From an uncultured Erysipelotrichaceae bacterium (GTDB lineage Bacteria; Bacillota_I; Bacilli_A; RF39; UBA660): 64,000 nt of DNA. Shown piece by piece: positions 26,702 to 36,577 of the stretch. The notes under the pieces were generated by a model. It saw only the letters and a program-made list of their open reading frames with translations, had not been told where the DNA came from and searched no databases. Made by a program: the position numbers and the translations under genes. Where the stretch lies: positions 329,438 to 393,437 of the forward strand of contig CADANC010000001.1 of the NCBI GenBank assembly GCA_902789225.1, written 5' to 3'. Every line of letters begins with the position of its first letter. Position 1 is the stretch's first letter.

Positions 26702-27241
26702 CTATATTTCAAATTCCCCTATATAACAATTAGGAATTTTTTCACACTTATCATATAATTCCCCTTCTAAAGGAACATTATTAATTAACAATATAATTGC
26801 TCTAATCATAGCAGAATGACTAACTACTAATACAGATTTATCTTTGTATTCTTTTTTTATACTATCAAGAAATAATCTAGCTCTATCAATTAATTCTTTA
26901 ACAGATTCAACTTCTTCCTCACTAGAATTAATATCATAATTCCAATATTTATATTTATCATAACAAGAAAAATCTTTTCCTTCTAAATTACCCATACCAC
27001 GCTCTAAAAGTCTTTCATCAACTTGAGTTAGTACTCTATCTCCAACCAATAAGAAAGCTGTTTCAACACATCTAGATAAAGGTGACATAAAACATATATC
27101 ATAATGATTATCTTTTATTTTATCTCTTAATTTAAGAACATTTCTAACCCCTTTATCAGATAGTTTTATGTTACTAGTTCCCTGTATCTTATTATTCTCA
27201 TTAAACATAGTTTCAGCGTGTCTTACTAAAGTAATTTTCAT
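26702..27241 (-). CDS. histidine phosphatase family protein (phosphoglycerate-mutase-like)
   Basis: The N-terminal RHAET motif is present (MKITLVRHAETMFN). The protein is 179 aa. Confidence 0.75.
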   Translation of the reverse strand: MKITLVRHAETMFNENNKIQGTSNIKLSDKGVRNVLKLRDKIKDNHYDICFMSPLSRCVETAFLLVGDRVLTQVDERLLERGMGNLEGKDFSCYDKYKYWNYDINSSEEEVESVKELIDRARLFLDSIKKEYKDKSVLVVSHSAMIRAIILLINNVPLEGELYDKCEKIPNCYIGEFEI

Positions 27242-27243
27242 AA

Positions 27244-28398
27244 TTATTTTGCCTCCAATACTTTTAAAGCATCACTATAAGTAATAAATTTAGTTTGATA
27301 ATTATGCTTATTAAGAGAATATCCTACAACTAAATAATTATTTTCATATAGAGCAATGTCATTAAAATAATCATTTTTGTCATCGCCATAACTAACAGTA
27401 GCAATCCTATTTAGATTATCATCATATTTACTTATCAATCCGTTAGAATCATTTTCTAAGGTATTACCAATAACAACCAAATAATTATTATTATCTACTA
27501 TAATCTTATTATATCTACTATCATGATTATTTTCAAATTTTTCCTCACTAACAACATTTAAAGATAAATCATATTTTACAATTAAAGCATCATTACTAGT
27601 AGTTGTATCATTAACTTTATATCCTCCAACTACAAATAAACTATTTTTATGATAAACAATATCACTAAAACCTATACCATTAGTATATTTATACTCTTTA
27701 TAAGAGACTAAATTACCATCAAAATCATATTTACAAATAACCGCAATATCCTTATTAGATAAACCAACAGCATAGATATAATTATCTACTATAATTGCAC
27801 TATTAAAACGAGAATAAATATTATCTCCAAAATTATTCTTCCAAACAACCTTTCCCTTACTATCATATCTAATAATTATAGAAGTACCTTCATCTTCATT
27901 ATAACTATAACCAACTACTAAATAATCATCACCAATTTTTGATATATTAGTAAAACTACTACTATCATTTAAAGAATAATATTTTTCAAATATAACATTA
28001 TCTTCATCATCATATTTAATAATAACTGCTTTATTAATGTTCTTTTTATAAGTATCAACAGTCTCACTAATATTACCAACAAAGATATAATTATCTCCAT
28101 CTAAATAAAAATCATTATAAGAACTAGCATAAGATTTATTATAAAGTTTTTCTTTAGTTTTATTAAATTTATTATCATAAATACTAAATTTAGCTTTTTC
28201 TACATAATTATCATTATCATTAGTATTTCCTACTACATAAATAGTATTATTTTTATAATCAATAGATTTAATATTATTAATTAAAATCTTACTATCTGAA
28301 CTGGAAACAATATAATAAATTATCAATATGAGTAATAATATAAAAAATACTATAGTTGCTATTAAAATTCTAAATGTTATTAATCTATTATTATTCAC
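27244..28398 (-). CDS. membrane-anchored repeat protein, probable 6-7-bladed beta-propeller (delta-60-like repeats)
   Basis: An N-terminal TM helix is followed by 6-7 repeats of about 45 aa. The repeat consensus is xNYLVVGxS...(A/S)xIxKYDxxGNxV...K.YG, for example DDYLVVGYSYNEDEGTSIIIRYDSKGKVVWKNNFG. Confidence 0.5.
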   Translation of the reverse strand: MNNNRLITFRILIATIVFFILLLILIIYYIVSSSDSKILINNIKSIDYKNNTIYVVGNTNDNDNYVEKAKFSIYDNKFNKTKEKLYNKSYASSYNDFYLDGDNYIFVGNISETVDTYKKNINKAVIIKYDDEDNVIFEKYYSLNDSSSFTNISKIGDDYLVVGYSYNEDEGTSIIIRYDSKGKVVWKNNFGDNIYSRFNSAIIVDNYIYAVGLSNKDIAVICKYDFDGNLVSYKEYKYTNGIGFSDIVYHKNSLFVVGGYKVNDTTTSNDALIVKYDLSLNVVSEEKFENNHDSRYNKIIVDNNNYLVVIGNTLENDSNGLISKYDDNLNRIATVSYGDDKNDYFNDIALYENNYLVVGYSLNKHNYQTKFITYSDALKVLEAK

Positions 28399-28451
28399 AA
28401 ATTCATCTCCTTAACTTTATCTTATCAAATAATCATAAACATTTACAGGTT

Positions 28452-28490
28452 AAAAAAAGGAAGATTATAATTCTTCCTTTTTTATTGTAA
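28452..28490 (-). terminator. rho-independent terminator of tyrS
   Basis: On the minus strand, GGAAGAATTATAATCTTCC is followed by TTTTTTT. Confidence 0.7.
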
Positions 28491-28510
28491 AATATTGTTA
28501 ATTATAATAA

Positions 28511-29755
28511 CTATTTATAAATACCAATATGATATTTTTTCTTACCTCTTCTAACTATAACGAATTTTTTATATAAAGCATTATCTTTAGAAATAGTATA
28601 TTCTAAATCATTAATCTTTTCTCCATTAACAGAAATAGATCCATTAGAAATAAACTCCCTAGCTTCTCTTTTGCTCTTAACAATTTCATGATCTACTAAT
28701 AAATCAACTATGTTTGCTTCACCCTTTAATTCAAATGATTCTACACCCTTAAAAGCTTCTTCTATTTCTTTTTCATTTAATTTAGAAATATCACCACTAA
28801 ATAGAGTTTCACTGATTTTAACAGCACTTTCATACTCTTCTTTACCATGTATATCAGTTATAATTTCACGAGCAAGCGCTTTATGAGCAAGTCTCTTTTC
28901 AGGCTCTTTATTATTTTCTTCTTCAATTTTTTCTATTTCTTCCTTACTTAAGAATGTTAATTTCTTTAAGTAATCAATAATCATAGAGTCTTCTAGATTT
29001 AAACAATATTGATATATTTCGTAAGAAGATGTTTTATTTTTATCTAACCATAAGGCATTTCCTTCAGTTTTACCAAACTTTTTACCAGTACTATCTGTTA
29101 CTAATGGAATAACCATACCATAAGCTTCTTTATCGATTTTCTTTCTAATTAACTCAATACCTGCTGTAATATTACCCCATTGATCAGAACCTGCAACTTG
29201 TAATTGAACATTTTTATTTTCATATAAATATAAGAAGTCTAATGCTTGTAATATCATATATGAAAATTCTGCATAAGTAATACCTACATCCATTCTTGAT
29301 TTAACATGATCCTTAGCAAGCATATAGTTGATATTAAAGTATTTACCATAATCTCTTAAATAATCAGTAACACTAATATCTTTAATCCAATCATAGTTAT
29401 TAACTACTTCAAAACCAAATATATCTTTAGCTTGTTTAGTTAATCCTTTAACATTCTTATCAACTTCTTCTTTTGATATCATAGGACGTTCAGCATCAGG
29501 CTTAGGATCCCCAATAAGACCTGTTCCTCCACCTATTAATAAAACAGGTTTATGGCCAAATTTAGCTAGTCTTTTGCATATTAAAAATGACGAATAATGA
29601 CCAATATGCATAGAATCAGCAGTAGGATCAGTACCTATATAAAAAGATAAACTATCATTATTTAATTTATCAATTAAATCAGGACTACTAATATCTTGAA
29701 CTAAACCTCTCCATTTCAAATCTTCATAACAATTCATAATATTCCCTCCTAACAA
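28511..29755 (-). CDS. tyrS: tyrosyl-tRNA synthetase
   Basis: HIGH is present as YIGTDPTADSMHIGH and KMSKS as KFGKT. A C-terminal S4-like domain is present. A T-box leader lies upstream. Confidence 0.95.
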   Translation of the reverse strand: MLGGNIMNCYEDLKWRGLVQDISSPDLIDKLNNDSLSFYIGTDPTADSMHIGHYSSFLICKRLAKFGHKPVLLIGGGTGLIGDPKPDAERPMISKEEVDKNVKGLTKQAKDIFGFEVVNNYDWIKDISVTDYLRDYGKYFNINYMLAKDHVKSRMDVGITYAEFSYMILQALDFLYLYENKNVQLQVAGSDQWGNITAGIELIRKKIDKEAYGMVIPLVTDSTGKKFGKTEGNALWLDKNKTSSYEIYQYCLNLEDSMIIDYLKKLTFLSKEEIEKIEEENNKEPEKRLAHKALAREIITDIHGKEEYESAVKISETLFSGDISKLNEKEIEEAFKGVESFELKGEANIVDLLVDHEIVKSKREAREFISNGSISVNGEKINDLEYTISKDNALYKKFVIVRRGKKKYHIGIYK

Positions 29756-29960
29756 AAAAGATTATTACATAAGGGCGAATTACCGCGGTACCACCTTACT
29801 TGTAATAATCTACATCTCATTAATAGTTAACGCCTATATACGTATTTTCTCATAGTTTGTATTTCATAATTTATTAATCTCTTAGTTTCCACCAAACACT
29901 AAGTCTCTAAAAATAATTAATAAACTCTACTTTCGACTAATCACCGAAAACTATTCATAT
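29750..29960 (-). promoter_or_regulatory. T-box riboswitch leader of tyrS (antiterminator/terminator)
   Basis: The minus strand carries the T-box consensus AAGGTGGTACCGCGGTAATTCGCCCTT (29771-29797). The alternative terminator GATTATTACA..TGTAATAATC plus TTTTTT immediately precedes the AGGAGG RBS. An upstream TGATAAAAT extended -10 is also present. Confidence 0.85.
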
Positions 29961-30000
29961 TTTATCATAATAATAATAAAATATCAAACAATATTAATAA

Positions 30001-30429
30001 TTACTTAGTTTCTTTTTTAGCAACTTTTTCTTGTTTTTCTAATCTTGCTAAAACATCACGAGTAACTACTACTGCTTTTTCTCTAACAGCATCAGCTGCA
30101 TCTCTAAGGATAGGAGAACCCTTTTCAATAGCTAAATCAACTAATTCTTGAGATTTATCTTTAATATTCTTAGCAGTCTTTTTAGCCATATCTACAGCTT
30201 TTTCCTTATCCATATCTTCTAATTCATCTTGTATTTGAAGTATTTTATCTTGAAATTGTCTTTTTACATCTTCAACATCAATCTTTTTAACTTCTTTCTT
30301 TAGTTCTTCAATTTTTTTCTTTAAATCTTCTTGATTTTCTTTTCCACTCTTAGGTGAAAATAACATTCCAAGTCCTACTCCAACTAGTGCTCCAAAAGCA
30401 AACTTACCAAATCCTGATTTCTTTCCCAT
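30001..30429 (-). CDS. YtxH-domain general-stress-like protein
   Basis: The N-terminus MGKKSGFGKFAFGALVGVGLGMLFSPKSGKENQEDL matches the YtxH family. A charged coiled coil follows. Confidence 0.7.
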   Translation of the reverse strand: MGKKSGFGKFAFGALVGVGLGMLFSPKSGKENQEDLKKKIEELKKEVKKIDVEDVKRQFQDKILQIQDELEDMDKEKAVDMAKKTAKNIKDKSQELVDLAIEKGSPILRDAADAVREKAVVVTRDVLARLEKQEKVAKKETK

Positions 30430-30755
30430 TAAAAATCATCCTCCTCATCAATTATACTTTTCTTTTTTCCAAACATTTTAGAAATAAACCCAACAACATT
30501 AGATACAATAGTTTCACTAATTGTATTAATGTTATCACTAAATTTATCAACCGCATGAAATACTCCATTCAAAGATGATACCTTATCTTCTACATCATCC
30601 ATAACTCTATCTACTTTATTAAGTATTCCAATTAGTTTGATACCAATTATTATAAAAACTACAAGTAATACAAATCCAGCAACATAAAGCAATGTAATTA
30701 AAAGTGAATTTAAATCTACCATTTTTCTACTCCTTCTCTTGATACATTGAATCAA
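30429..30755 (-). CDS. DUF948/YtxG-like small membrane protein
   Basis: A 108 aa protein with an N-terminal TM helix and a coiled-coil region. It sits directly upstream of the ytxH-like gene in a ytxGH-like arrangement. Confidence 0.55.
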   Translation of the reverse strand: MIQCIKRRSRKMVDLNSLLITLLYVAGFVLLVVFIIIGIKLIGILNKVDRVMDDVEDKVSSLNGVFHAVDKFSDNINTISETIVSNVVGFISKMFGKKKSIIDEEDDF

Positions 30756-31887
30756 TCAAATCAAATAAATTATCATCATCTTCAGTATCATTTTTCTCTA
30801 TATGAATATCATTAGGAGACTCATCTTCTTTTGAAGTAATATTATCAATTACTTCTTTTGCTTCAGGAACCTCTTCATTTTTTTTCTCAGATACTTCTTC
30901 AGAAACATTTTCGCTAACTACAGGTTCCTTACTAGCTTCAACTGCTCCATCTTTATAATCAACATTATATTCTAATCCTAAATCATCATAATATTCTTCA
31001 GCATCTCCAACAGTAACTTCTTTAACTTGAGGTTTACTAATATCACTACTTAAATCAATTAATAGATTATCAGATTCTTTTTCTTCAGTTTTAGCTACTT
31101 CTTCTAATCCTCTATCCATATCATCAATCAAATCATCTGATAAAGTACCATATGCTTTCTTTCTAACATCATCTACTGTTAAATTTCTTCTCTCATAATC
31201 ACTAGTAAGATGTATTTCTCTTTTTTGAACAATATCTTCTTTCTTATAATTCTTATCAAGAATTCCATAGATTGGAGAAATAATAGGTGATGGTTTAAAA
31301 GTAGTCTTTTCACTCTTATAAGAATTACCATACCCGTTAATCTCAATTTTATCATCATTCATACCATATAAATGATCATAAGATTTAGTTGGATTATTAT
31401 ATATTTTTTCTTCTTTTGGCTCTTCAGTTTCTTCATAATAACTATATTCCGTTTCTTCAACTTCTTCAGTTTTAGGAATAACATCAATTATTTGAGGTTC
31501 TTCAGGAACATAATCATCATTAATTAGATCACTATCTTCAATAACAGTAAAACTTCCATTATTGCTAATAGGTCTTTCAAGAACCATATCTTCTTCTTCA
31601 ACTTCTTTTCTAGTATCAGGCTCAATTTCAAAATCTTCATCTCTTAGAACATGATGATCTACTCTATCATCTATTTTGTTCTCTTCTAAAACAACTTTTT
31701 GAGCAATTACTTCTTTTTCTTTCTTTTCTTTCTTTTTCTGTCTAGAAAGTAACTTGTCTTTAAAAGAGCCTTTATTACTTACAACTTCTTTTTTAGGTTC
31801 GATAGGTTTTTCTTCTTCTATAACTTCTTCTTCAACCTCTTCAAACAAAGCATCTTTTAACTTATCAAAAAGTCCCATGCTCTTCAC
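30727..31887 (-). CDS. highly acidic (Glu-rich) hypothetical protein with N-terminal amphipathic segment
   Basis: A 386 aa protein that begins MGLFDKLKDALFEEVEEE. No recognised catalytic motif. It overlaps the downstream gene by 29 nt. Confidence 0.45.
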   Translation of the reverse strand: MKSMGLFDKLKDALFEEVEEEVIEEEKPIEPKKEVVSNKGSFKDKLLSRQKKKEKKEKEVIAQKVVLEENKIDDRVDHHVLRDEDFEIEPDTRKEVEEEDMVLERPISNNGSFTVIEDSDLINDDYVPEEPQIIDVIPKTEEVEETEYSYYEETEEPKEEKIYNNPTKSYDHLYGMNDDKIEINGYGNSYKSEKTTFKPSPIISPIYGILDKNYKKEDIVQKREIHLTSDYERRNLTVDDVRKKAYGTLSDDLIDDMDRGLEEVAKTEEKESDNLLIDLSSDISKPQVKEVTVGDAEEYYDDLGLEYNVDYKDGAVEASKEPVVSENVSEEVSEKKNEEVPEAKEVIDNITSKEDESPNDIHIEKNDTEDDDNLFDLIDSMYQEKE

Positions 31888-31889
31888 CT

Positions 31890-32555
31890 CTATTCATCTG
31901 TTAACTTAATTTTATCCTCATCTACAGCTTCTTTATAAGCTTTATCCTCATTCTTATAAACTACATCTAAGAAGCTTTCATGTTCAGAAGAATCATCAAA
32001 TAAATTATATTCTTCATCTTGATAACTTAATTCATTAGTTAAAAAACTAGCAATAACTTTTTTATTAAACTTAATACTTCTAAGTAGATAAGACATACTA
32101 ATAATAGAATCATTTATCTCATCTTTATCCACATAAGTCTCTATCTTAGCATAATTATACATATATTGAATTAAATACTTTCCGTCAATTTCATCTATTT
32201 GTAAATAACCATCAATATTATTATAATCCAATTTTTTTGAAAAATAAGCATTTTTATCAATATCATAGTTATTTTTTTCTTTATAGTAAAAACTTATAGC
32301 ATCTACATACAAATAAAATCTATTTCCATGTCTATCTAATAATATTGAATTATATTCTTCTTTTTCTAAAAATTTTAATTCTTTTGGAAGATAATATTTA
32401 TATCCTTCAAAATAAGTATTATATGCTTTACCCTTCTTACCAGAAAGTATAGCATCTACATTATGTGAATAATCAGTACTGTCTAGAGTAGTTACACTAC
32501 ATCCAGTAACCAAAACAAAGACTATTAAGATAAGTAAAATAATCTTTTTTTCCAT
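31890..32555 (-). CDS. lipoprotein, unknown function
   Basis: A signal peptide with lipobox LVTGCS is present in a 221 aa protein. Confidence 0.55.
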   Translation of the reverse strand: MEKKIILLILIVFVLVTGCSVTTLDSTDYSHNVDAILSGKKGKAYNTYFEGYKYYLPKELKFLEKEEYNSILLDRHGNRFYLYVDAISFYYKEKNNYDIDKNAYFSKKLDYNNIDGYLQIDEIDGKYLIQYMYNYAKIETYVDKDEINDSIISMSYLLRSIKFNKKVIASFLTNELSYQDEEYNLFDDSSEHESFLDVVYKNEDKAYKEAVDEDKIKLTDE

Positions 32556-32610
32556 AATTCACCTACTCTTATTTTATTATATCAAAAAAACATTAATTGT
32601 AAAACAATTA

Positions 32611-33234
32611 CTATTTATAGGCTTGTAAATAATATATAGGATTTCCCTTCTCTACAAATTTATCTTCATATTCAGTAGTAACAATATCTTCTGAAGTATT
32701 ATGAAGATCAAAACTAACATTATTTAGACCATATCCATAATTACTTATAGACTCAATTGAATATATATATAAATTTCTATTATCTGTTTTAAATTCTATA
32801 TCACATTTATTCCTAAATATTTTATCATATTTTTCTAGAAAAACAGGACTAGTCAATCTCTTATTAATCTGTCTTTTCTTAGGCCAAGGATCAGAGAAAT
32901 TTAAAAATAATTTATCTACTTCTTTATCAAATATCTCATCAATAAATCTAGCATCTGTCCTAACTAAGTATAAATTATCTAATCTATTATCAATTTTTTT
33001 AATAGCCCTCGCAATAACATTATCATATCTTTCTATTCCTATATAATTAATATCAGGATTATTAAGAGCTTGTGTATATATAAATTTCCCCATACCCATA
33101 CCAATCTCAATAAAGATAGGATTATTATTTTTAAATAACTTATGCCAAGTTCCAATATATTTAGAAGGATCAAGAATAAGAAATTCACAATTATTCATAA
33201 TTTCTTCTTTATCCTTTAAATTTCTAAGTCTCAC
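32611..33234 (-). CDS. trmB: tRNA (guanine46-N7)-methyltransferase
   Basis: The SAM-binding region is IEIGMGMGKFIYTQALNNPDINYIGIE. A DPWPKKR motif is present in a 207 aa protein. Confidence 0.85.
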   Translation of the reverse strand: MRLRNLKDKEEIMNNCEFLILDPSKYIGTWHKLFKNNNPIFIEIGMGMGKFIYTQALNNPDINYIGIERYDNVIARAIKKIDNRLDNLYLVRTDARFIDEIFDKEVDKLFLNFSDPWPKKRQINKRLTSPVFLEKYDKIFRNKCDIEFKTDNRNLYIYSIESISNYGYGLNNVSFDLHNTSEDIVTTEYEDKFVEKGNPIYYLQAYK

Positions 33235-33318
33235 AAAAAATCACCTGCTTAATATTTTAACATATTTGTTTTTAAAATAAAACTAAAGTGTTATACTTAA
33301 ATAGAAAGTGAGGAATAT

Positions 33319-34506
33319 ATGTACCATTTACAAAACGTAGAAAAGAAAAAGTATGATGATTTTGTATCTAATCACAAAGAATCTCATTATTTACAGTCAT
33401 TATCTTGGGGAGAATTTATTAGTACACAAAAAGAGTATACTCCTCACTATATAGGACTAACTAACGATAATAATGAAATTGTCGCAGCTGCTCTATTATT
33501 AGAAAAAGAAACAATACTAAATCATTCTTATTTCTATTGCCCAAGAGGATTCGTAATAGATTATAAAAAAGATAATCTAGTAAAAGTAATGACAAAAATG
33601 ACATTAGAATATATTAAGAAAAATAAAGGAATCTTTTTAAGAATTAATCCAAATATTATAAACAAAACAAATAATAAAGAAGAATCAAATACTGAAAAGA
33701 TTTTAAATACATTAAAAGAATCTAAATTTAAACATATAGATTTAGAAAAAAACAAATATACAGAACCAAACAATTCATTAAAAATAGATTTAACAAAAGA
33801 TATAGAAGATATAGAAAAAGAATATTTAATACCAACAAAAGAAAAAATAAAAAAGGCATTAGAATTAGACGAAATAGTTGAAATAGGAAGAGACAAAGAT
33901 ATAGATGAATTATATGATCTAGCTAAATCAAATGATAATCTTAAATATAAAAAAGACTATTATAAAGAATTATTCAAAATATTTAATAAAAACAAAAATA
34001 CTAGTGCAATTCTATTTCTAGGAAAGATTTATTTTGATAAGACTATTAAAAAGTTAGAAGCTAAACTTAAAAAGATTAATAATCAAATATCTATCTTACC
34101 TATAGATCATTTATCTAAAACATCTAAAGAAAAACTAGAAGAATTAAAAAAAGAAAAAGATCATACAAAGGCAGAAATAAAAAAATATACAGAAAACAAA
34201 GAAAAATATAATAAGAGCTTAACTTTATCAGCACAATTAATAATAACCTATAAAGATAAGGCCTGGTTATTATTCGAAGAAAATGAAAAAGTATTAAATG
34301 AAATAAATCCAAATTATTTAACATATGACACAATAATCAGATATTGTAAAGACAATGGAATTAAAACATTATATAGAAATATGGAAACAAATAATAATAT
34401 GGGTGAAGAATATATTGAATATATTGGAGAATACATAAATATAATTAATTATCCTATTTCTTTTATACATAGTATATATAAAAGAAAACAAGAAAAGGAG
34501 GGTTAA
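33319..34506 (+). CDS. FemAB-family aminoacyl-tRNA:peptidoglycan-precursor aminoacyltransferase (paralog 1)
   Basis: An N-terminal Fem/MurM-type GNAT-like fold is present (HYLQSLSWGEFISTQ..., YFYCPRGFVIDY). A coiled-coil insertion of about 60 aa is typical of FemA/FemX. The protein is 395 aa. Confidence 0.7.
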   Translation: MYHLQNVEKKKYDDFVSNHKESHYLQSLSWGEFISTQKEYTPHYIGLTNDNNEIVAAALLLEKETILNHSYFYCPRGFVIDYKKDNLVKVMTKMTLEYIKKNKGIFLRINPNIINKTNNKEESNTEKILNTLKESKFKHIDLEKNKYTEPNNSLKIDLTKDIEDIEKEYLIPTKEKIKKALELDEIVEIGRDKDIDELYDLAKSNDNLKYKKDYYKELFKIFNKNKNTSAILFLGKIYFDKTIKKLEAKLKKINNQISILPIDHLSKTSKEKLEELKKEKDHTKAEIKKYTENKEKYNKSLTLSAQLIITYKDKAWLLFEENEKVLNEINPNYLTYDTIIRYCKDNGIKTLYRNMETNNNMGEEYIEYIGEYINIINYPISFIHSIYKRKQEKEG

Positions 34507-34507
34507 A

Positions 34508-35812
34508 ATGAAATTAAAAGAATTAAGTGAAAAAGAATTTAAAAAGATTGCTGATAAGTCAGATCAAATATCATTTCATCAAACATCTTCCTGGGCAAAA
34601 CTAAAAGAAAAAAATGGTTGGAATCCATATTATTTAGGATTAGAAAATGATAAAGGAAAAATAGTATGCGCTTCTCTTTTACTTGCAAAAGAATTACCTA
34701 TAATAAAAAAGAAAATGTTTTACTCACCTAGAGGATTTCTTATAGATTATAATGATAAAGAATTATTAACTGAATGGACAAAAGAAATAAAAAAATTTTG
34801 TAAAAAAGAAAAAGCAATCTTCATAAAAATAGATCCATATGTAGAATATCAAGAAAGAGATAATAATGGAAATATTGTTGAAGGTGGAAATAATAATAAA
34901 GAAGCTCATCAAAACTTAATAGATTTAGGATATAAACATTTTGGATTCAATACTTATCAAGACACACTTCAACCTCGTTGGATGCATGTAATAGAAACAA
35001 AAGGAAAAACACAAGATGAAGTAGATAAAGATATGGAATCTAAAACTAGACAAATCTTAAGAAAAAACGAAAGATCAGGCATCACAGTAAGAGAAATAGA
35101 AAAAGATGAATTAAAACTATTCAAAGAGATAATGCAAAAAACAAGTGATAGAAGAGAATTTGTTGATAGACCTTTCTCATATTATGAAGCTATGTGGGAT
35201 AATCTACACGATGATGGTATATTAAAAATATTAATCGGAGAAATAGATTTCAATTTATTTGAAAAAAATACAAAAGAAGAATTAGATGAACATAAAAAGA
35301 ATTTAGAAGATAGAATTTATAAACATGATAACAATCTACTTAAAATGAATGAAAAAAAATATGAATCTAGTAATAAACAAGATAAAGAACAAATTGAAAG
35401 ATTAAATAAAGACCTTGAAAAGATAAAAGATTATAAAAAAGAATTTGGTGATAAAAAAGTATTAGGTGGAATATTATTCCTAACATATGGAAATGAAGTA
35501 TTATCACTATTAGGTGGAACATTAGACGATGTAATGCAATTTAAATCAGCTTATACAATTCATTATGCAGGAGTAAAAATGGCTGTAGAAAATAAATATG
35601 ATAGATATAATTTCTATGGAATTACAGGAGACTTTTCAAAAGATAATCCACTATATGGATTATATCTATTCAAAAAAAGTTTTGGAGGACATGTTGTTGA
35701 ATTATTAGGAGAATATGACTTAGTAATGTCTCCATTTTGGTATAATACATACAACATAGCTTTCAAAACATATCATAGTTTAAAAAATATAAAGAAAAAA
35801 ATTTTAAAATAA
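34508..35812 (+). CDS. FemAB-family aminoacyltransferase (paralog 2)
   Basis: The N-terminus is SFHQTSSWAKLKEKNGWNPYYLGL...FYSPRGFLIDY. A coiled-coil insert is present and the C-terminal domain is LFKKSFGG. Its start lies 2 nt after the paralog 1 stop. Confidence 0.75.
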   Translation: MKLKELSEKEFKKIADKSDQISFHQTSSWAKLKEKNGWNPYYLGLENDKGKIVCASLLLAKELPIIKKKMFYSPRGFLIDYNDKELLTEWTKEIKKFCKKEKAIFIKIDPYVEYQERDNNGNIVEGGNNNKEAHQNLIDLGYKHFGFNTYQDTLQPRWMHVIETKGKTQDEVDKDMESKTRQILRKNERSGITVREIEKDELKLFKEIMQKTSDRREFVDRPFSYYEAMWDNLHDDGILKILIGEIDFNLFEKNTKEELDEHKKNLEDRIYKHDNNLLKMNEKKYESSNKQDKEQIERLNKDLEKIKDYKKEFGDKKVLGGILFLTYGNEVLSLLGGTLDDVMQFKSAYTIHYAGVKMAVENKYDRYNFYGITGDFSKDNPLYGLYLFKKSFGGHVVELLGEYDLVMSPFWYNTYNIAFKTYHSLKNIKKKILK

Positions 35813-35846
35813 AAACAATCTAATCAAATTAGATTGTTCTTTTATT
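35813..35846. terminator. bidirectional rho-independent terminator
   Basis: AACAATCTAAT-CAA-ATTAGATTGTT is followed by CTTTTATT. Confidence 0.65.
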
Positions 35847-36507
35847 ATTTACTTTTTGCTTTTAAATATTTATATAAATATCCAGCTACTAAAGCTCCAA
35901 CTATAGGTCCAACAATGAATACCCATACTTGTTTAAGAGCTGTACCTAAAAGTACAATAGCAGGTCCTAAACTTCTAGCTGGGTTAACAGAAGTACCAGT
36001 TAAACCAATACCAATTAAGTGAACTAACACTAAAGTTAAACCTATAACTAAACCAGCATGATTATTATTCTTATCACCACTAGCAAATAAAGCAACAAGA
36101 ACAAATATACAAGTTAGAATAGCCTCAACTACTAATGCCCCAACTAAAGATATATCAGATGCTGAAGAAGCACCATATCCATTAGCACCTAAATTAGTAA
36201 CACCAACATTACTTCCTTTGAAAATAAAGTAAAGAATGATAGAACCACATAAAGCTCCTAATACTTGACTAACTATGTATAAGCAAGCTTCTTTACCTTT
36301 AATTCTCTTATCAACAAGCATTCCAACAGTTATAGCTGGATTAAAATGACCTCCAGAAATAGTTCCAACACTATATGCCATTGCAACAACACTTAAACCA
36401 AAAGCTAAACTTGTCGCAACAACATTAGCTCCAGTTAATACTGCTACTCCACATCCAACAAGAACTAACACTAATGTTCCTAAAAATTCGCTGACATAAT
36501 TTTTCAT
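35845..36507 (-). CDS. aquaporin (MIP family channel)
   Basis: Two NPA motifs are present (GGHFNPAITVG and GTSVNPARSLGPA), with 6 TM helices in 220 aa. Confidence 0.85.
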   Translation of the reverse strand: MKNYVSEFLGTLVLVLVGCGVAVLTGANVVATSLAFGLSVVAMAYSVGTISGGHFNPAITVGMLVDKRIKGKEACLYIVSQVLGALCGSIILYFIFKGSNVGVTNLGANGYGASSASDISLVGALVVEAILTCIFVLVALFASGDKNNNHAGLVIGLTLVLVHLIGIGLTGTSVNPARSLGPAIVLLGTALKQVWVFIVGPIVGALVAGYLYKYLKAKSK

Positions 36508-36577
36508 AAATACTCCTTTCCAATCGCATAACTATGCAACTATTATAATTAAATTATATCACAACATAATATAATTA

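Noticed and set aside
30354-30578. 74 aa plus-strand ORF across the ytxH-like/DUF948 junction
   Set aside because: It is antisense to two coupled genes and is low complexity.
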